Positions 11,767 through 22,741 of a stretch of 64,000 nucleotides of DNA are shown here, piece by piece. The notes beneath the pieces are model-generated. The model ran no database searches, was not told the origin of the DNA, and saw only the letters and a program-made list of their open reading frames with translations. The stretch's first letter is position 1. Each line of letters opens with the position of its first letter. Origin of the DNA: Lepidodermella squamata. Taxonomy: Eukaryota > Animalia > Gastrotricha. Made by a program: the position numbers and the translations under genes. The DNA lies in assembly GCA_047495785.1 (NCBI GenBank), contig JBLDXI010000015.1, forward strand, positions 2,046,001 to 2,110,000, given 5' to 3'.

Positions 11767-12563
11767 AAGCGATCAGGCCTCGTTGCAAAAATACATAACG
11801 CTTACGCATTCAGAGTTTGTGAATCGGTCGTATGTGATATGTTTTTCTTAAAACATGCGAGCGAGGCAAAAAACTTAACGCAAAACTTGTCTACTTATTT
11901 CATGCAGAGTTTGTGCGGAGACCTGTAATATAAGGTCTGCGCACATACTCGTATGAAAAAATGTTTATGTGATTTGTAATAAGTTTTTTGCCAGGGTCGT
12001 ATGTGTTGGCGAAAAAAAATCGCAAACAGACCTGTTCACAGGGTGTTTTCTTTTATTCTCCCCGGAATTTCGGGAAGCTCAGGCGTAGGCAGCGGATGAC
12101 AGATTTTTCGATGTAAACACCAGAGGTTTTCGGGCAATTAAGTCTTCTATACAGCTCCAAATTTTCATTTCAAGATGAGCTTCAGAAGTGGGCGACCCGA
12201 AAATTCGGGGTGAAAAAAACACACCCCCTAACTGATTTCTTTTCTCCTTGTATGTGATTTTTTTCTGGTCGAAGATGCCACTGAAAAAATGGCCATCTTC
12301 GATGGGGCTCGAACACCTCACGCCTATTAAACAGGCCGGTATAATAGCAACTATACAATGGGGGTTATTTTCGAAGCCGTCTTTATCGATAAAGTTAACT
12401 TTATTCCATAATGTCGACTTTATTCCCCGACTTTATTTAAAGCCGACATTATTGTTAAAGTCAACTTTAACGGGTAGCATTTCCGAAGCCGTCTTTTGCT
12501 AAAGTCGACTTTATTTCGAAAAGTCAGCTTTGCCATGATTTTTCGTAGACTAATGATTATACA

Positions 12564-13631
12564 CATAGAGCTGATAGAGTGCTCACTCGCCATCAAAAAC
12601 ACGGAACGCCATGGGGGCCATATGGCAGGGGATTAACTCATTGTCCTGGAGTAAGAAACTCAACTAATTACAAATCGATCGATCACATAAATCGCTGGCG
12701 CCAGCGCTTCGATTATCAGTTACAGAGTCGGTCTTTGGGTCATATCCAGAGTAAGAGACGGCCGATATTTTGACACTAAATTTGCCCGGTTAGCATATTT
12801 AGAAGTGGCCAATAGGCGACCGAGAAGTCAACGTCCACTTTCGACCATTTACCTCCGAGGTAGTCCACACCTGAAGCTAAGGAGAAATTGAACGACCTTT
12901 TGAAGCCAAGTTATTCATCAGGCCGGGGCGATCATTTTGGTACCTGATTTAGATCTGGAACCCCCATATTTTGATCGGTATATATTTTTTAGTTAATTCA
13001 CCCTTAAAAAACCACTTTGTTTGCTGTTTTCGCAGTTTTTACTGAGTGATTTAAAGGAAAAAAATGTTGCGTAATTATTGAGATTTAGTTTTTTTTGCGC
13101 TAAGCTTAATTTTAAACAAGCGATTTCGATGACTCATGCTCGTTCACTCGCACAAAATAAAGATTTGTGACTGAAAACAGTGCTTTTAAAGGGCGAATTT
13201 ACTTTGAAAATTTGTACCCATCAAAATATGGGGGTTCCAGATCTAAATCAGGTGCCAAAACGATCGCCTCGGACTGATGAATAAATTGGCTTCAAAAGGT
13301 CGTTCAATTTCACCTTAGTTTCAGGTGTGGACCACCTCAAATGGTCAAGGATGATAAGGGACGCCGACTTCTCGGTCGCCTTACGACCACTTCTAAGATA
13401 GCTACCTTTGTAAATTTGGTATAATTAATTCGGCCGTCTCTTACTCTGGATATGACCCAAAGACCGACTCTGTAACTGATAATCGAAGCGCTGGCGCCAG
13501 CGATTTATGTGATCGATCGATTTGTAATTAGTTGAGTTTCTTACTCCAGGACAATGAGTTAATCCCCTGCCATATGGCCCCCATGGCGTTCCGTGTTTTT
13601 GATGGCGAGTGAGCACTCTATCAGCTCTATG
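12564..13631. mobile_element. P-superfamily foldback MITE
   Basis: ~200 bp perfect TIRs starting CATAGAGCTGATAGAG, continuing as imperfect arms; exact 8-bp TSD ATTATACA (12556-12563, 13632-13639). Confidence 0.93.
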
Positions 13632-13748
13632 ATTATACACAACCTCCTGTGCATCGCCCATTGTGAAGCACATACACTGTATCTGGCGATATTTCGCAAG
13701 CTCGACTTGGCGAATTTTGCGATTTTTCACAAATCGCAAATTCTTGTG

Positions 13749-13822
13749 CGAGCAGTGAAGGTTGAACCAGCGACCTTTCGATCAGCATTGGCGAAGCTTA
13801 ACTAATAAGCTAAGCCGCCGCT
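13749..13822 (-). pseudogene. Degenerate tRNA-like sequence
   Basis: Reverse strand TAGCTTATTAGTTAAGC..AAGGTCGCTGGTTCAACC. Confidence 0.4.
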
Positions 13823-15989
13823 CACTATTTATGCTGATAAAAAGTTGTTTTTATGTGTGATTTTTTCAAAAAGCAAAAAATCTCATTAGATTGGTGATAG
13901 CATATGCAAACGCATCGATAGGATGAAAAGCTAGTGATAAATGAAAGTAGGCCGATTCCTGCGGTAGTTTTTCGGTAGTTTATGCGGTACTTTTTCGGTA
14001 GAAAAACTACCGCAAAAAAAAAATGTAAACTTAGATTTCTAACGGAGAAGTCGGAAAATTAAAAACGAAACTAACTACATTTATTGGCAACCAATATATA
14101 TTCCTAAATTACATATACGCCGCAATGCAACAGGTCGCAAATTGGCCCGGAATTATACGAATTTCATGTTTTGGCAATTTAAAAATTTTGGCAATCTTTG
14201 CGCGCGTCTGCAGCGCGAGCGGACCATTGTCGGCGGGAAATGATCATATCGGCTGATAGCCCGTCCGATTCTCTACAAGATATGGCCGGCTCATTTCCCT
14301 GCAAGTCGCGGAACATGCAAAGTTTTGCCTCGATTTTACCACTTTGAACGTATGTTCCAGGACAATTAGAGCTTTGTTGTTGATGAAACAGCAATAAAAC
14401 TATAGTGCTATGTTGTATTGCTACTTGATTCTGTTACGTATTTTGGCAAAGGACGGCCGAACCGCTATGCGACTTCATTCATAATTATTTTACGCTGGTT
14501 AAATTACTGATAATCGTCAAATACGCATGCGCAATGAATGAAGACCACGCTATATAGCCCTTCATTTATGAATATTTAAATCGCTTAGATATTGAGCGTT
14601 ATAATATCATAATATTTTAGTGTAAATGGGGTTAATATTAAAAATTATGTAATTCCAGGTGAAGATATTGATAAATTACCGTATATTAGTTCAGATTCTT
14701 GAAAAAAAAATTTGCGGTAGTTCTGCGGTACTTTTTCGGTACTTTTTCGGTAGTACTACCGAAACTATCGAAATATTCGTAATATGCCATTTTTCGCGAA
14801 CCAATATTCACCCCGTCGTTGGAGGCTATGGTTGCTGTCGTTAATAACTGCACATTATAGCCTAGGTGGTATACCATAAGGCGTAATTATGCCCAATTTT
14901 CGTAAAATTTCACCTGCAGGTTACAGAATATAGAAAATTATTCGTACCCTACGAATATAGTCGACCCTTTTTTGCCTGATGAACAAGGCGATGCACATGC
15001 GGTCGCGTAAAAATTCGTTATTAGTAGGCTCAGTGTGAATACGGCTTCGATATTGATGCGAGTGATTTTTTTGCGACCTAAAATCACTCGACACCACACA
15101 GCAAAAAACAGCTAGTTTTTTGCAGTGGCCAGCCGTACGGCTGGCTGATGGTGTCGCGTGTTTTAGCTCGTAAGAAAAAAACATCACTTGCATCAATATC
15201 TAGCCATATTCACTTTGAGCCTACCAATAACCAACAATAGCGGTATCATAAATCACTCATCATTAGCCATGACCTACTTTTGCCAGCCTTTTTGTTGTGA
15301 TAAATCATAAAAAAACGACGTCGAACAAGAGCTTTTAGGATCAAGTCACTCGTCTGGGGACAAAAATATGCCTGTAAAGCCGACTTTAAGGCGATTAAGA
15401 CGAGGATGGTCGTCGTCATCGGCTCTGGTGCCATATAGTACATATGCCATACCATATATACCATATATACCATATAGTACCGTATATGCCGGATAAAGAC
15501 TCCATATATGTTCGAAAATCACGTTGTGGATAAAGCTAGCTCTATGTCTATCATATAAATCAGCTGAGATCAGCTATCTTTAGCTAAAGTCGACTTTAGG
15601 AGACCTTTAGTGTGAAGACCTTTAATATCATCAAGCCAAAGTTTTATTTCAAATAGCAGAGGAGAAGTTGCACTTATAATTACGAGTCTTCATAGCAATT
15701 CCATGTGCCTTATATAAAAGCACTATTGCTACTGCACATATTAAACTGTGTTATAGTATACTTAAAATATCGTCATGCCAGTTAGATAATGTAATGTAAA
15801 CTAAAATGTGATATAAATTTCGAGATAAAGAACAAAACGTTGTCTGATAATGAATGATATTTTGATGGATTTGATATTTCCTGACTCAGGTTTTCACGGC
15901 GGTTTTTTGCGTTTGAGTAACAGCCTATTGTTGCTGTGTCAAAAAAAAGAAAACGAAAATCCAGCAGAAGCCGCTTTTACACTACTACT

Positions 15990-16700
15990 AGCCCCTTTTA
16001 CACTACACCATTCGAATGGTAAATGATGGTAATTACTCCATTGTTAGATAGCAGTGATTAGCTTGCTTTTAACGTTTTTAACGTTATTTATTGCTGTTAT
16101 GAGAGAACTAAAAATAATTTAGAAACATTTTGAATATTTTGTGACTTAATTTCAAATGGTGTTACAGGTATTTCTGGTAAACGTTTTTTATGCATTTTAG
16201 GCATTTTAGTTTCCGTTTTCGGCCAAATTTGGTTCCGCAATAGACATTTTTGGTTCCGCTAAAAGTGAGACCAATTAATAATTTTACAGCAATTTTGTGT
16301 CAAGAAATACCTAGAAAAATAATTAAAATACCCAAAATTGGCATCTCGACAATTTCCAAACGCGGAGAAGCCGCGAGTTTAAGGTGATGAAGCAAGGAAA
16401 TTTGGTCCAACAAATTTAGAGAAACGCATCGCGGAATCGCGGAAAATTCGCGGAATTTACACGATCATTTTTTCATTAAATTCGGCTAGGCACCGAATAA
16501 AGCTCAGGCGTCCTATCCGTTTAGACGGAAAATTAATCACGTTGTGAATGAGTCGCAGAAATACCCACGTAAACTGGTTTTAATTATTTTTAGATTTCTC
16601 AAAATCACGATAAAACCGATAAAATAAGCGAAAACAAGCTATTCCTTGTTATTCAACAATTGAGTACTTACCGTCAATTACCATCGTTTACCATTCGCAT
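15990..16700. mobile_element. Degenerate Harbinger-like MITE
   Basis: Starts AGCCCCTTTTACAC (same TIR family as 1264); internal IR GAATGGTAAATGATGGTAATT / AATTACCATCGTTTACCATTC; right terminus not recognisable. Confidence 0.5.
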
Positions 16701-17299
16701 AAGGTGCGTTTTTTATTAAAACCGTGGTGTGCCTAAAACTAATTACATCTATTAACACCAGATGACACACACGGAAAGTTAAAGCTTTTCAAACCCAATC
16801 AAAAACTCAAAAATTGAAAATGATGAAATTCGAACTTGTCGGCAAGTTTGGATTCAAAATAATGGTCAGAAATCGCCTAAAACGCTTTGGATTTTCATAA
16901 ATTTTACCAAATTGATCGATTTTTTTAAAATCGATTTCATGTTCGATAATTGCGGAGAAAATAAAAAACCTTTTTTGCGTAGTTTTGATAAAATTAGCTC
17001 ATAAGACATGGGGTAAGTAGCACAGTAAGTAGCACCTGCGCATGGGGCTGTTCTGCATCGGCTGACGCCAACAGTGGGAGTTGGATCTAACAATTGGTAC
17101 ACGAATCGGAAAGGTCCCAACTACCAAGCGAATTCGAACCCCGGCCGATTCAATTCAGCGACCGTCATTCAAGTAATGCTCAGAGTCCTTAGAGAGAAAC
17201 CGATTTATTGGTGGTCTGTGTTACGGGTATTTACAGTAACATTGCCTTATAGACACAGAAGTATGTAATTAATTGATAATATAGATTGGTATGTTTCAT

Positions 17300-18205
17300 A
17301 AATTATTTGAGTTTCGATTGCGCATAATTTGAGTGAAGGTGATGATTAACAATTCGTACGCTGTCCTTCAAGACTTGAGATGCCATTTCGACGGCTTTGA
17401 CACTGTTGATGCCAAAGCTCTGCAGAAGTTTCATTGCTTCAGTAGTTAATGAACCACGAGCACCAATGAAGAGACCGTGCACTTCGATTTAGTCTAAATT
17501 GTAAGCCTCACAAATGAAGTCGCTGCATGGCTCATAGATTGTGCGTTTCTCTTTATTAACCAGTTCGAATTGGTCAATTGATGATTCGCATCGGATTGTT
17601 AGGGTCAATTACTATACCGGTTCGGCTGCCTTTCCTAATAGCTAGGATGTCAAATCGTCTTGAAGAGCCGTTGTTGGCCAAACAATGCCTTTCTTCAGTT
17701 ACGTTATATCCTTGACCGCGCAGCTCTGTAGCGATTTTCTGGCGGATTTTATTATTTCGCGATATTATCAGCATGGAGTTATAGGGGCAGGCGCCAAGGT
17801 CGTGAGCAAGAGATTCAATCTCAGCGCCGCATCGACGACACTGGTTTCCGTCCTGACTAACACCTGGTACCCTCTAACCGGAGCCGTGTTTGTAGACATT
17901 TTGATCGCCATTATCCACTCAGCCACGCTTAGCCCATTTCTCCGAATAACCCAATTGTTTGTTTTGGGCACGCATTTGAACTGGGCCACCCCTCTTCCTT
18001 TTTGATCCAAGCTGCACCATGATTCGAATTCTCGCAGTCGAAGAGTGCTACGTATAATCTTAGTATTCGGAGGAAGGTTTTTCTCCGGGTCGAATAGATC
18101 ATCGTTTTCCTCATCCTGATGTCGATCAAGCTCATCACTGTTAAGGTTAACATCAAGTTTCGTTAGACATTCTTCCATTTCCTTCTCAAGGTTTCTGCAG
18201 GCTAG
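17300..18205 (-). mobile_element. 3' fragment of an R2-group (NeSL/Utopia-like) non-LTR retrotransposon with a restriction-like endonuclease
   Basis: GLSVAEWIMAIKM; CRRC..ESLAH.LGAC zinc knuckle; EE..RRFDI..IDP..EK..IYEP..GLFIGARG RLE motifs; frameshifts and a stop. Confidence 0.8.
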
Positions 18206-18214
18206 TACCAGGGG

Positions 18215-19150
18215 TTTGCCGTTAACTAACAATTTTCTGCAAATATTCTTGAGGAAATTTCGTTTGAAGAACTCCAGCGGGCGTGGCAAGTTCAACGAAA
18301 TCGCGGTGAACGCTGTTGACGCGACACTCCAAATTGCGAGGGCACATGTTAGATCTGTCGGTCCTAGCAATAGGCATCAACACATGATCGCCTACTTCCA
18401 ACTGGCGACGTTCGGCGACCAGATCGCGATATCGGTCGTCGCGGGCAATGCTGTCCTTCAAGTAGGCGAGGTGGCCAGGAGCCCGGCTGGCAACAGCTTC
18501 CGGCGTACAACCAAGGCCGTCCGAGGTGAGTTCGATTTTCCACGCCGTTTTCATGCCGATTTTCATCTCCTGGCGATAGGCATCGTTAAGAATTATTATT
18601 ATTACAATTTCGTAGACAGCCTCGTCTGTAGCCAGCTTGCGATCAGGCAGTCGGCGATCAGCAGTTTTGAGAGCAACAGCAACAGTGTGCAGATCATTGC
18701 CTTGCCGAGCATACAGGAGATGGTATTGATTCGATACCACGACGTTTTCCATTTCCTAATTAATTTAAAATTAAATCAAATTACACGACCGTGGTAATTA
18801 AATACTTGCTGGCGTGATCTCGGAGGTGGAAGATCCAGCTGTACTTGACGCTGCCGTCCAGGTTGCGAATTGGGATCGAGGTCATGTCGATCAAATCGAT
18901 TCCGACACGGTACCTAATGCCCTTGGCAATGCTGGGCTTGTCCAGGACAATGACACGGCTGTTGCGCTTGTTATCGCCCAACGCTTTTCGGCTATGGAGC
19001 ACGCCGTCCATGACGACGAACGCCGCCTTCCATTTCGACTTCTGCCTCGCCGTGACGCCTTCGATCGTAGTTCGGTCAACTTCACGGGCTGGCCATACCA
19101 AGGGTCGGGAACTTCTTTTTCACAGCTGGTGGGGATGGCATACTCTTACT
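18215..19150 (-). mobile_element. Ginger2/KRBA2-like DDE integrase-type transposase remnant, heavily deleted
   Basis: RVGIDLIDM..YSWIFHLRDHASKY (rve start) and EVGDHVLMPIARTDR..PRN..LATPAGVL (typical C-terminal region). Confidence 0.7.
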
Positions 19151-19262
19151 TTTCGATGCGACGAAGTGCCCACCGATTTTCAAATACATTGTCCCGATTG
19201 GAGGGATAGGTCGCTTGAAGAACAATCAAAATAACAGCGATAACAGCGATATAAAGCACCAG

Positions 19263-20138
19263 ATCTGCTACGCATTTTGAGAGCTTCGTCGCTTCTGATA
19301 TTACCGCGGACGCTAGAGCCTTTGCTTTGGGCACTAAAGACGCTGTCCTTATGATCCTCCGTTTACGCAACGAAGAATTGGTGGAAGAGTATAATGAGCC
19401 GTTAGATGTTGTTAAGATAAGTATTATAAGGTTCAGCCGAGATGCAAAATTCCTTGCCGTGGGATCTTCGAAGGGCGAGGTTCTCATTTTCCGCCGTGAA
19501 CACGGAGATGAGAGTGACCCGAGTTGGGAACAATTAGGCGTTTGCTACCAGGTAATTCAATCATAGAATTCAATCGCATTTTATTTGATAATTATGCAGC
19601 CTGGAACAATGCCTGGAACTCTGGTCACGAGCGTACCTTTAGCAGTAACCTCTATCGATTGGTCCGTCGATCTCATAAATGAATTCTACATGTTCCGAGT
19701 CAGCTATCACAATACAGAATATGCCATTTGTAAGTAATTTATTTCTATAATTCAATCTTAATAATTCTTCCTATATCAGTTAACGCGAACACATGCACTG
19801 CGATCAGCCCTGCTGATGCAGCCGACTTCAAATGGGCGACCAACACTTGCTTGCTGGCTTGGGACCGCTGCGGCGTATTTGAGCATAAGGCAACGCGGGA
19901 AGCAGGAGTTCGCCAGATAGATGTCCATCCAACGAAGCACAGCTGCCTCGTCGTCAGCGATTACACGACAAACAAGCTCACTCTTTTCCGATATCCTATG
20001 ATGAAAGCTGATCAACCAGGTCTGGCTTACCCTGCTACTCTGGAAATCTCAAGCGTTCGTTTTACCGCAATCGGGGATTATGTGATAACGGTCGGCGGGA
20101 AAGACTCGTCGATCATTCAATGGAAGGTTGTTCACTGA
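19263..20138 (+). pseudogene. EML-like WD40 gene 3' portion (exons 19263-19551, 19600-19729, 19780-20138); no upstream exons seen
   Basis: WD repeats (IRFSRDAKFLAVGS; IDWS; VGGKDSSIIQW); upstream sequence is transposon debris with in-frame stops. Confidence 0.7.
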
Positions 20139-20862
20139 AAAATAATCAAACTGAAAGCATCAACACGCAAAATCTTATCGTGAACCCTTTTCTTTTAGTT
20201 TGCTGTCTTTCTCCTCCTTTTTCGGTCAGAGATGAATTTTATTTTAGATTTTACTATACTTCAAACCATGACGCACCAAAAATTGTGATATTATATTTTC
20301 GAATAAAATAATCTGTCACGTTGGAACACATATTGGTGGAGGGCCGTCCCATGATAACGTCGTGTTTCCTTTGCATTTCATGACATTTTGCCCATTCAGT
20401 CGATAGCCACGGTCGCAGTCGTTGAATTGAACGTACCAATCTCTGCCGCATCTGTTCTCCTGGGCATCGCAGCCCATGGTAAGAGCAATAGAGCCATGTT
20501 TAGGTGCTGGTGGAATTTCGCAGCCAACGCATCTCGGAGGGGATGGGTAGTCCCAGGCCACAGACTCGTTATTCCTACCAACCCCTCTACAGGTGAGTCG
20601 AGTTGGGCCGATTGGTGAGTAACCCAAATGGCAAGCGAATTGAACGAAACCGTCATCTCTCGCACATTTTTTCGTCGTAACATTACAGCCAATGCCGACG
20701 TAGTCATACGATGCATGCTCGGGTGGTGACATCAGGTCGCAAGTCAGACATCTCGGTTGCGGGCTACTCCAAGCTAAGGTTGTGTTGGTACCTTCGCAAG
20801 TGATCTTTGTCGGACCTGTAGGCCCGTAACCATTGTCGCAAGCTATTGTGTAGTGATAACCC
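19644..20862. repeat. Segmental duplication copy 2
   Basis: Direct repeat of 1-1220. Confidence 0.95.
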
Positions 20863-22508
20863 TTTGCGCAAGACATTTTGTCCAGATTGCATCCCTCCGA
20901 AATCGACGTGTAGTAGGCGTTTCTCGGGGGTGGCGACGGTATCTGGCAACCTTGACATCTCGGAGGGGCAGCATCCCATGCTAGTCTAGAGTAATTTTGC
21001 GTCGAAATGCAAGTTATAACTGTAGAACCGATCGGAGTATAGCCGAGCAAGCATCCGTATTGAACAGTGCCGCCCTGGCCACATTTTCCCAAGTTCGGGT
21101 CACAGCCGACCGACATCCAACCTAAAATACCATTTGCTGGAGTTCTAGGGACGTCGCAGGCCGTGCATTTCGGTGGAGGGTTATCCCAAATCAGGCTATT
21201 TGGGTTGTTCGGATTCTTAATACAGGTCAGTTTTGTCGAGCCGATAGGAGAGAATCCCTTCTCGCAGCCAAGTTGCACGAAGTAGGATTCCGCACATCGG
21301 GATTCCAAAGCATTACAGCCTGCCGAAATGACGTCGTAGGTACCATTCGGTGGCAGAGGTGGGATCGTGCATCCTAGGCAGTAGGGTAGGGGTGTCGCGT
21401 TCCATAGCAACTGCTGATTGCCCGAGCCTTGTGAGCAAGCGACTTTCTCCGGCCCGATAATACTGTATCCTAAGCGACATGTCGCCGTCATTGTAGCATT
21501 TCGACTGCATTTTCGTGCATTCACGTCGCACTGGTATGAATCGAAGTAATAAACCCCATTTTGAGGATTCTCAGGCAGAATGCAATAGCCATCGTCGAGA
21601 TCTAGAATCATGCCAGGACTTTCAGGAGCATCTGGGTCGGCAGGATCAGCCCTTTCATTTTTCCGGCAGAGTTCCCCAGCCACATCATCAGAAGTATCTT
21701 TCGCGAACTGACTAGCGATATCACAGGTAACAGTAATCGAATTTTGGGAAACGCCACCGACCAAAGGCAAACTTATTGATCTTAACAAACAGATGAGGTA
21801 CTGCACTTCAGGGAAAAGTGTTGGAACGTTGTCGATTCGCTCGGTGACAAAACTTCGAGGCGTGCATGCGGTGTTCACCCATGGTATGTCACCAGTTGGC
21901 CCGAACGAGCAGAAATAGTTGGAAATTTCGATAACAGCATTTAAGCTAGTTGAAAACGCTCGTTCGCAATCTGATTGCTTCGAAGGTTGGAGTGTAGTCC
22001 TTCGACCGGGGCTGTAGTACAGAATCGCCTGTCGAGGGTCCATACGCTCAGTTGGGCAATCCACACACATTCCGGTGGAGATTTGCTTCGCTTCAAGTAA
22101 ATTGTATCTCCTCGAGCAAATCTCGTCTTCATTCATTGAAATCAGCTGAGAGAGCGAGCAAACCACATCTGCGAAGCTTTTCGGAATGTTGGTGCAAACT
22201 CGAGCGCCCTCTAGGCATGTGCGAAGCGTGAAATTGCTCTTTTGCCGCAAAGTTCGGCACTGCCTTTCCACAGGCGCGCTGAAATTGCAAGCGGCATCTA
22301 TCATAGCCAAATAAATCTGCAGTGTCATGAAGGTCGCATTTGAGCAAGCATCCAACGTCGAAACCGTTTGATTGAAATTCTTGCCGAACTTCTCCGTGCA
22401 TTCGCCTGTAGATAACGTCACGCAACTGCTGTCAAAAAATAGGCTGAAAATGCACACTAATAAAAAGGCTAGTAAGGTCGTTGATGGCAGAATTTGAATG
22501 GTTGCCAT
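20316..22508 (-). CDS. Secreted protein with a Cys-rich N-terminal region and six sushi/CCP repeats, intronless
   Basis: Hydrophobic signal peptide; six C..P.P.NG...C..GY...G...C......W....P.C units; no transmembrane segment. Confidence 0.88.
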   Translation of the reverse strand: MATIQILPSTTLLAFLLVCIFSLFFDSSCVTLSTGECTEKFGKNFNQTVSTLDACSNATFMTLQIYLAMIDAACNFSAPVERQCRTLRQKSNFTLRTCLEGARVCTNIPKSFADVVCSLSQLISMNEDEICSRRYNLLEAKQISTGMCVDCPTERMDPRQAILYYSPGRRTTLQPSKQSDCERAFSTSLNAVIEISNYFCSFGPTGDIPWVNTACTPRSFVTERIDNVPTLFPEVQYLICLLRSISLPLVGGVSQNSITVTCDIASQFAKDTSDDVAGELCRKNERADPADPDAPESPGMILDLDDGYCILPENPQNGVYYFDSYQCDVNARKCSRNATMTATCRLGYSIIGPEKVACSQGSGNQQLLWNATPLPYCLGCTIPPLPPNGTYDVISAGCNALESRCAESYFVQLGCEKGFSPIGSTKLTCIKNPNNPNSLIWDNPPPKCTACDVPRTPANGILGWMSVGCDPNLGKCGQGGTVQYGCLLGYTPIGSTVITCISTQNYSRLAWDAAPPRCQGCQIPSPPPRNAYYTSISEGCNLDKMSCAKGYHYTIACDNGYGPTGPTKITCEGTNTTLAWSSPQPRCLTCDLMSPPEHASYDYVGIGCNVTTKKCARDDGFVQFACHLGYSPIGPTRLTCRGVGRNNESVAWDYPSPPRCVGCEIPPAPKHGSIALTMGCDAQENRCGRDWYVQFNDCDRGYRLNGQNVMKCKGNTTLSWDGPPPICVPT

Positions 22509-22741
22509 CTTTCAGCTGGTGAAATGCATACTTCTCGATTGAGTGAGAAGGCTGAGTGTTAAACCCACTCATTTTTCACACCATATGTCACGGAGTCAGA
22601 GGTCACGTCGAAGCGTATTACTTTCATATGAACCCACGTAATTTTACTACTGCAACAACAACAAAAACACATCTCCATTGTATAGCAAAAAATGAAACTC
22701 TTTTATTCAAATAACATGAAAATTTAATTAATGAGAATAAA

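Larger units (their letters stand above)
11142..11924. mobile_element. Harbinger-like MITE with long imperfect arms, each carrying a tRNA-like sequence
   Basis: TIR AGGTCTACGCACAAACTC / GAGTTTGTGCGGAGACCT; TSD GTA; inner IR ATTCACAAACTCTG; a related TIR starts again at 11933. Confidence 0.8.

Noticed and set aside
12579-13739. Duplicated small ORFs (LTRHQKHGTPWGPYG..) on opposite strands
   Set aside because: They are translations of the perfect TIRs of the P-family MITE
13958-14760. Two clusters of (GCGGTAG/TCGGTAC)TTTT repeats
   Set aside because: Probably transposon subterminal repeats, but no element ends were found
17768-18370. 200-aa ORF as a novel gene
   Set aside because: Chance read-through across the junction of the Ginger2-like and R2-group remnants
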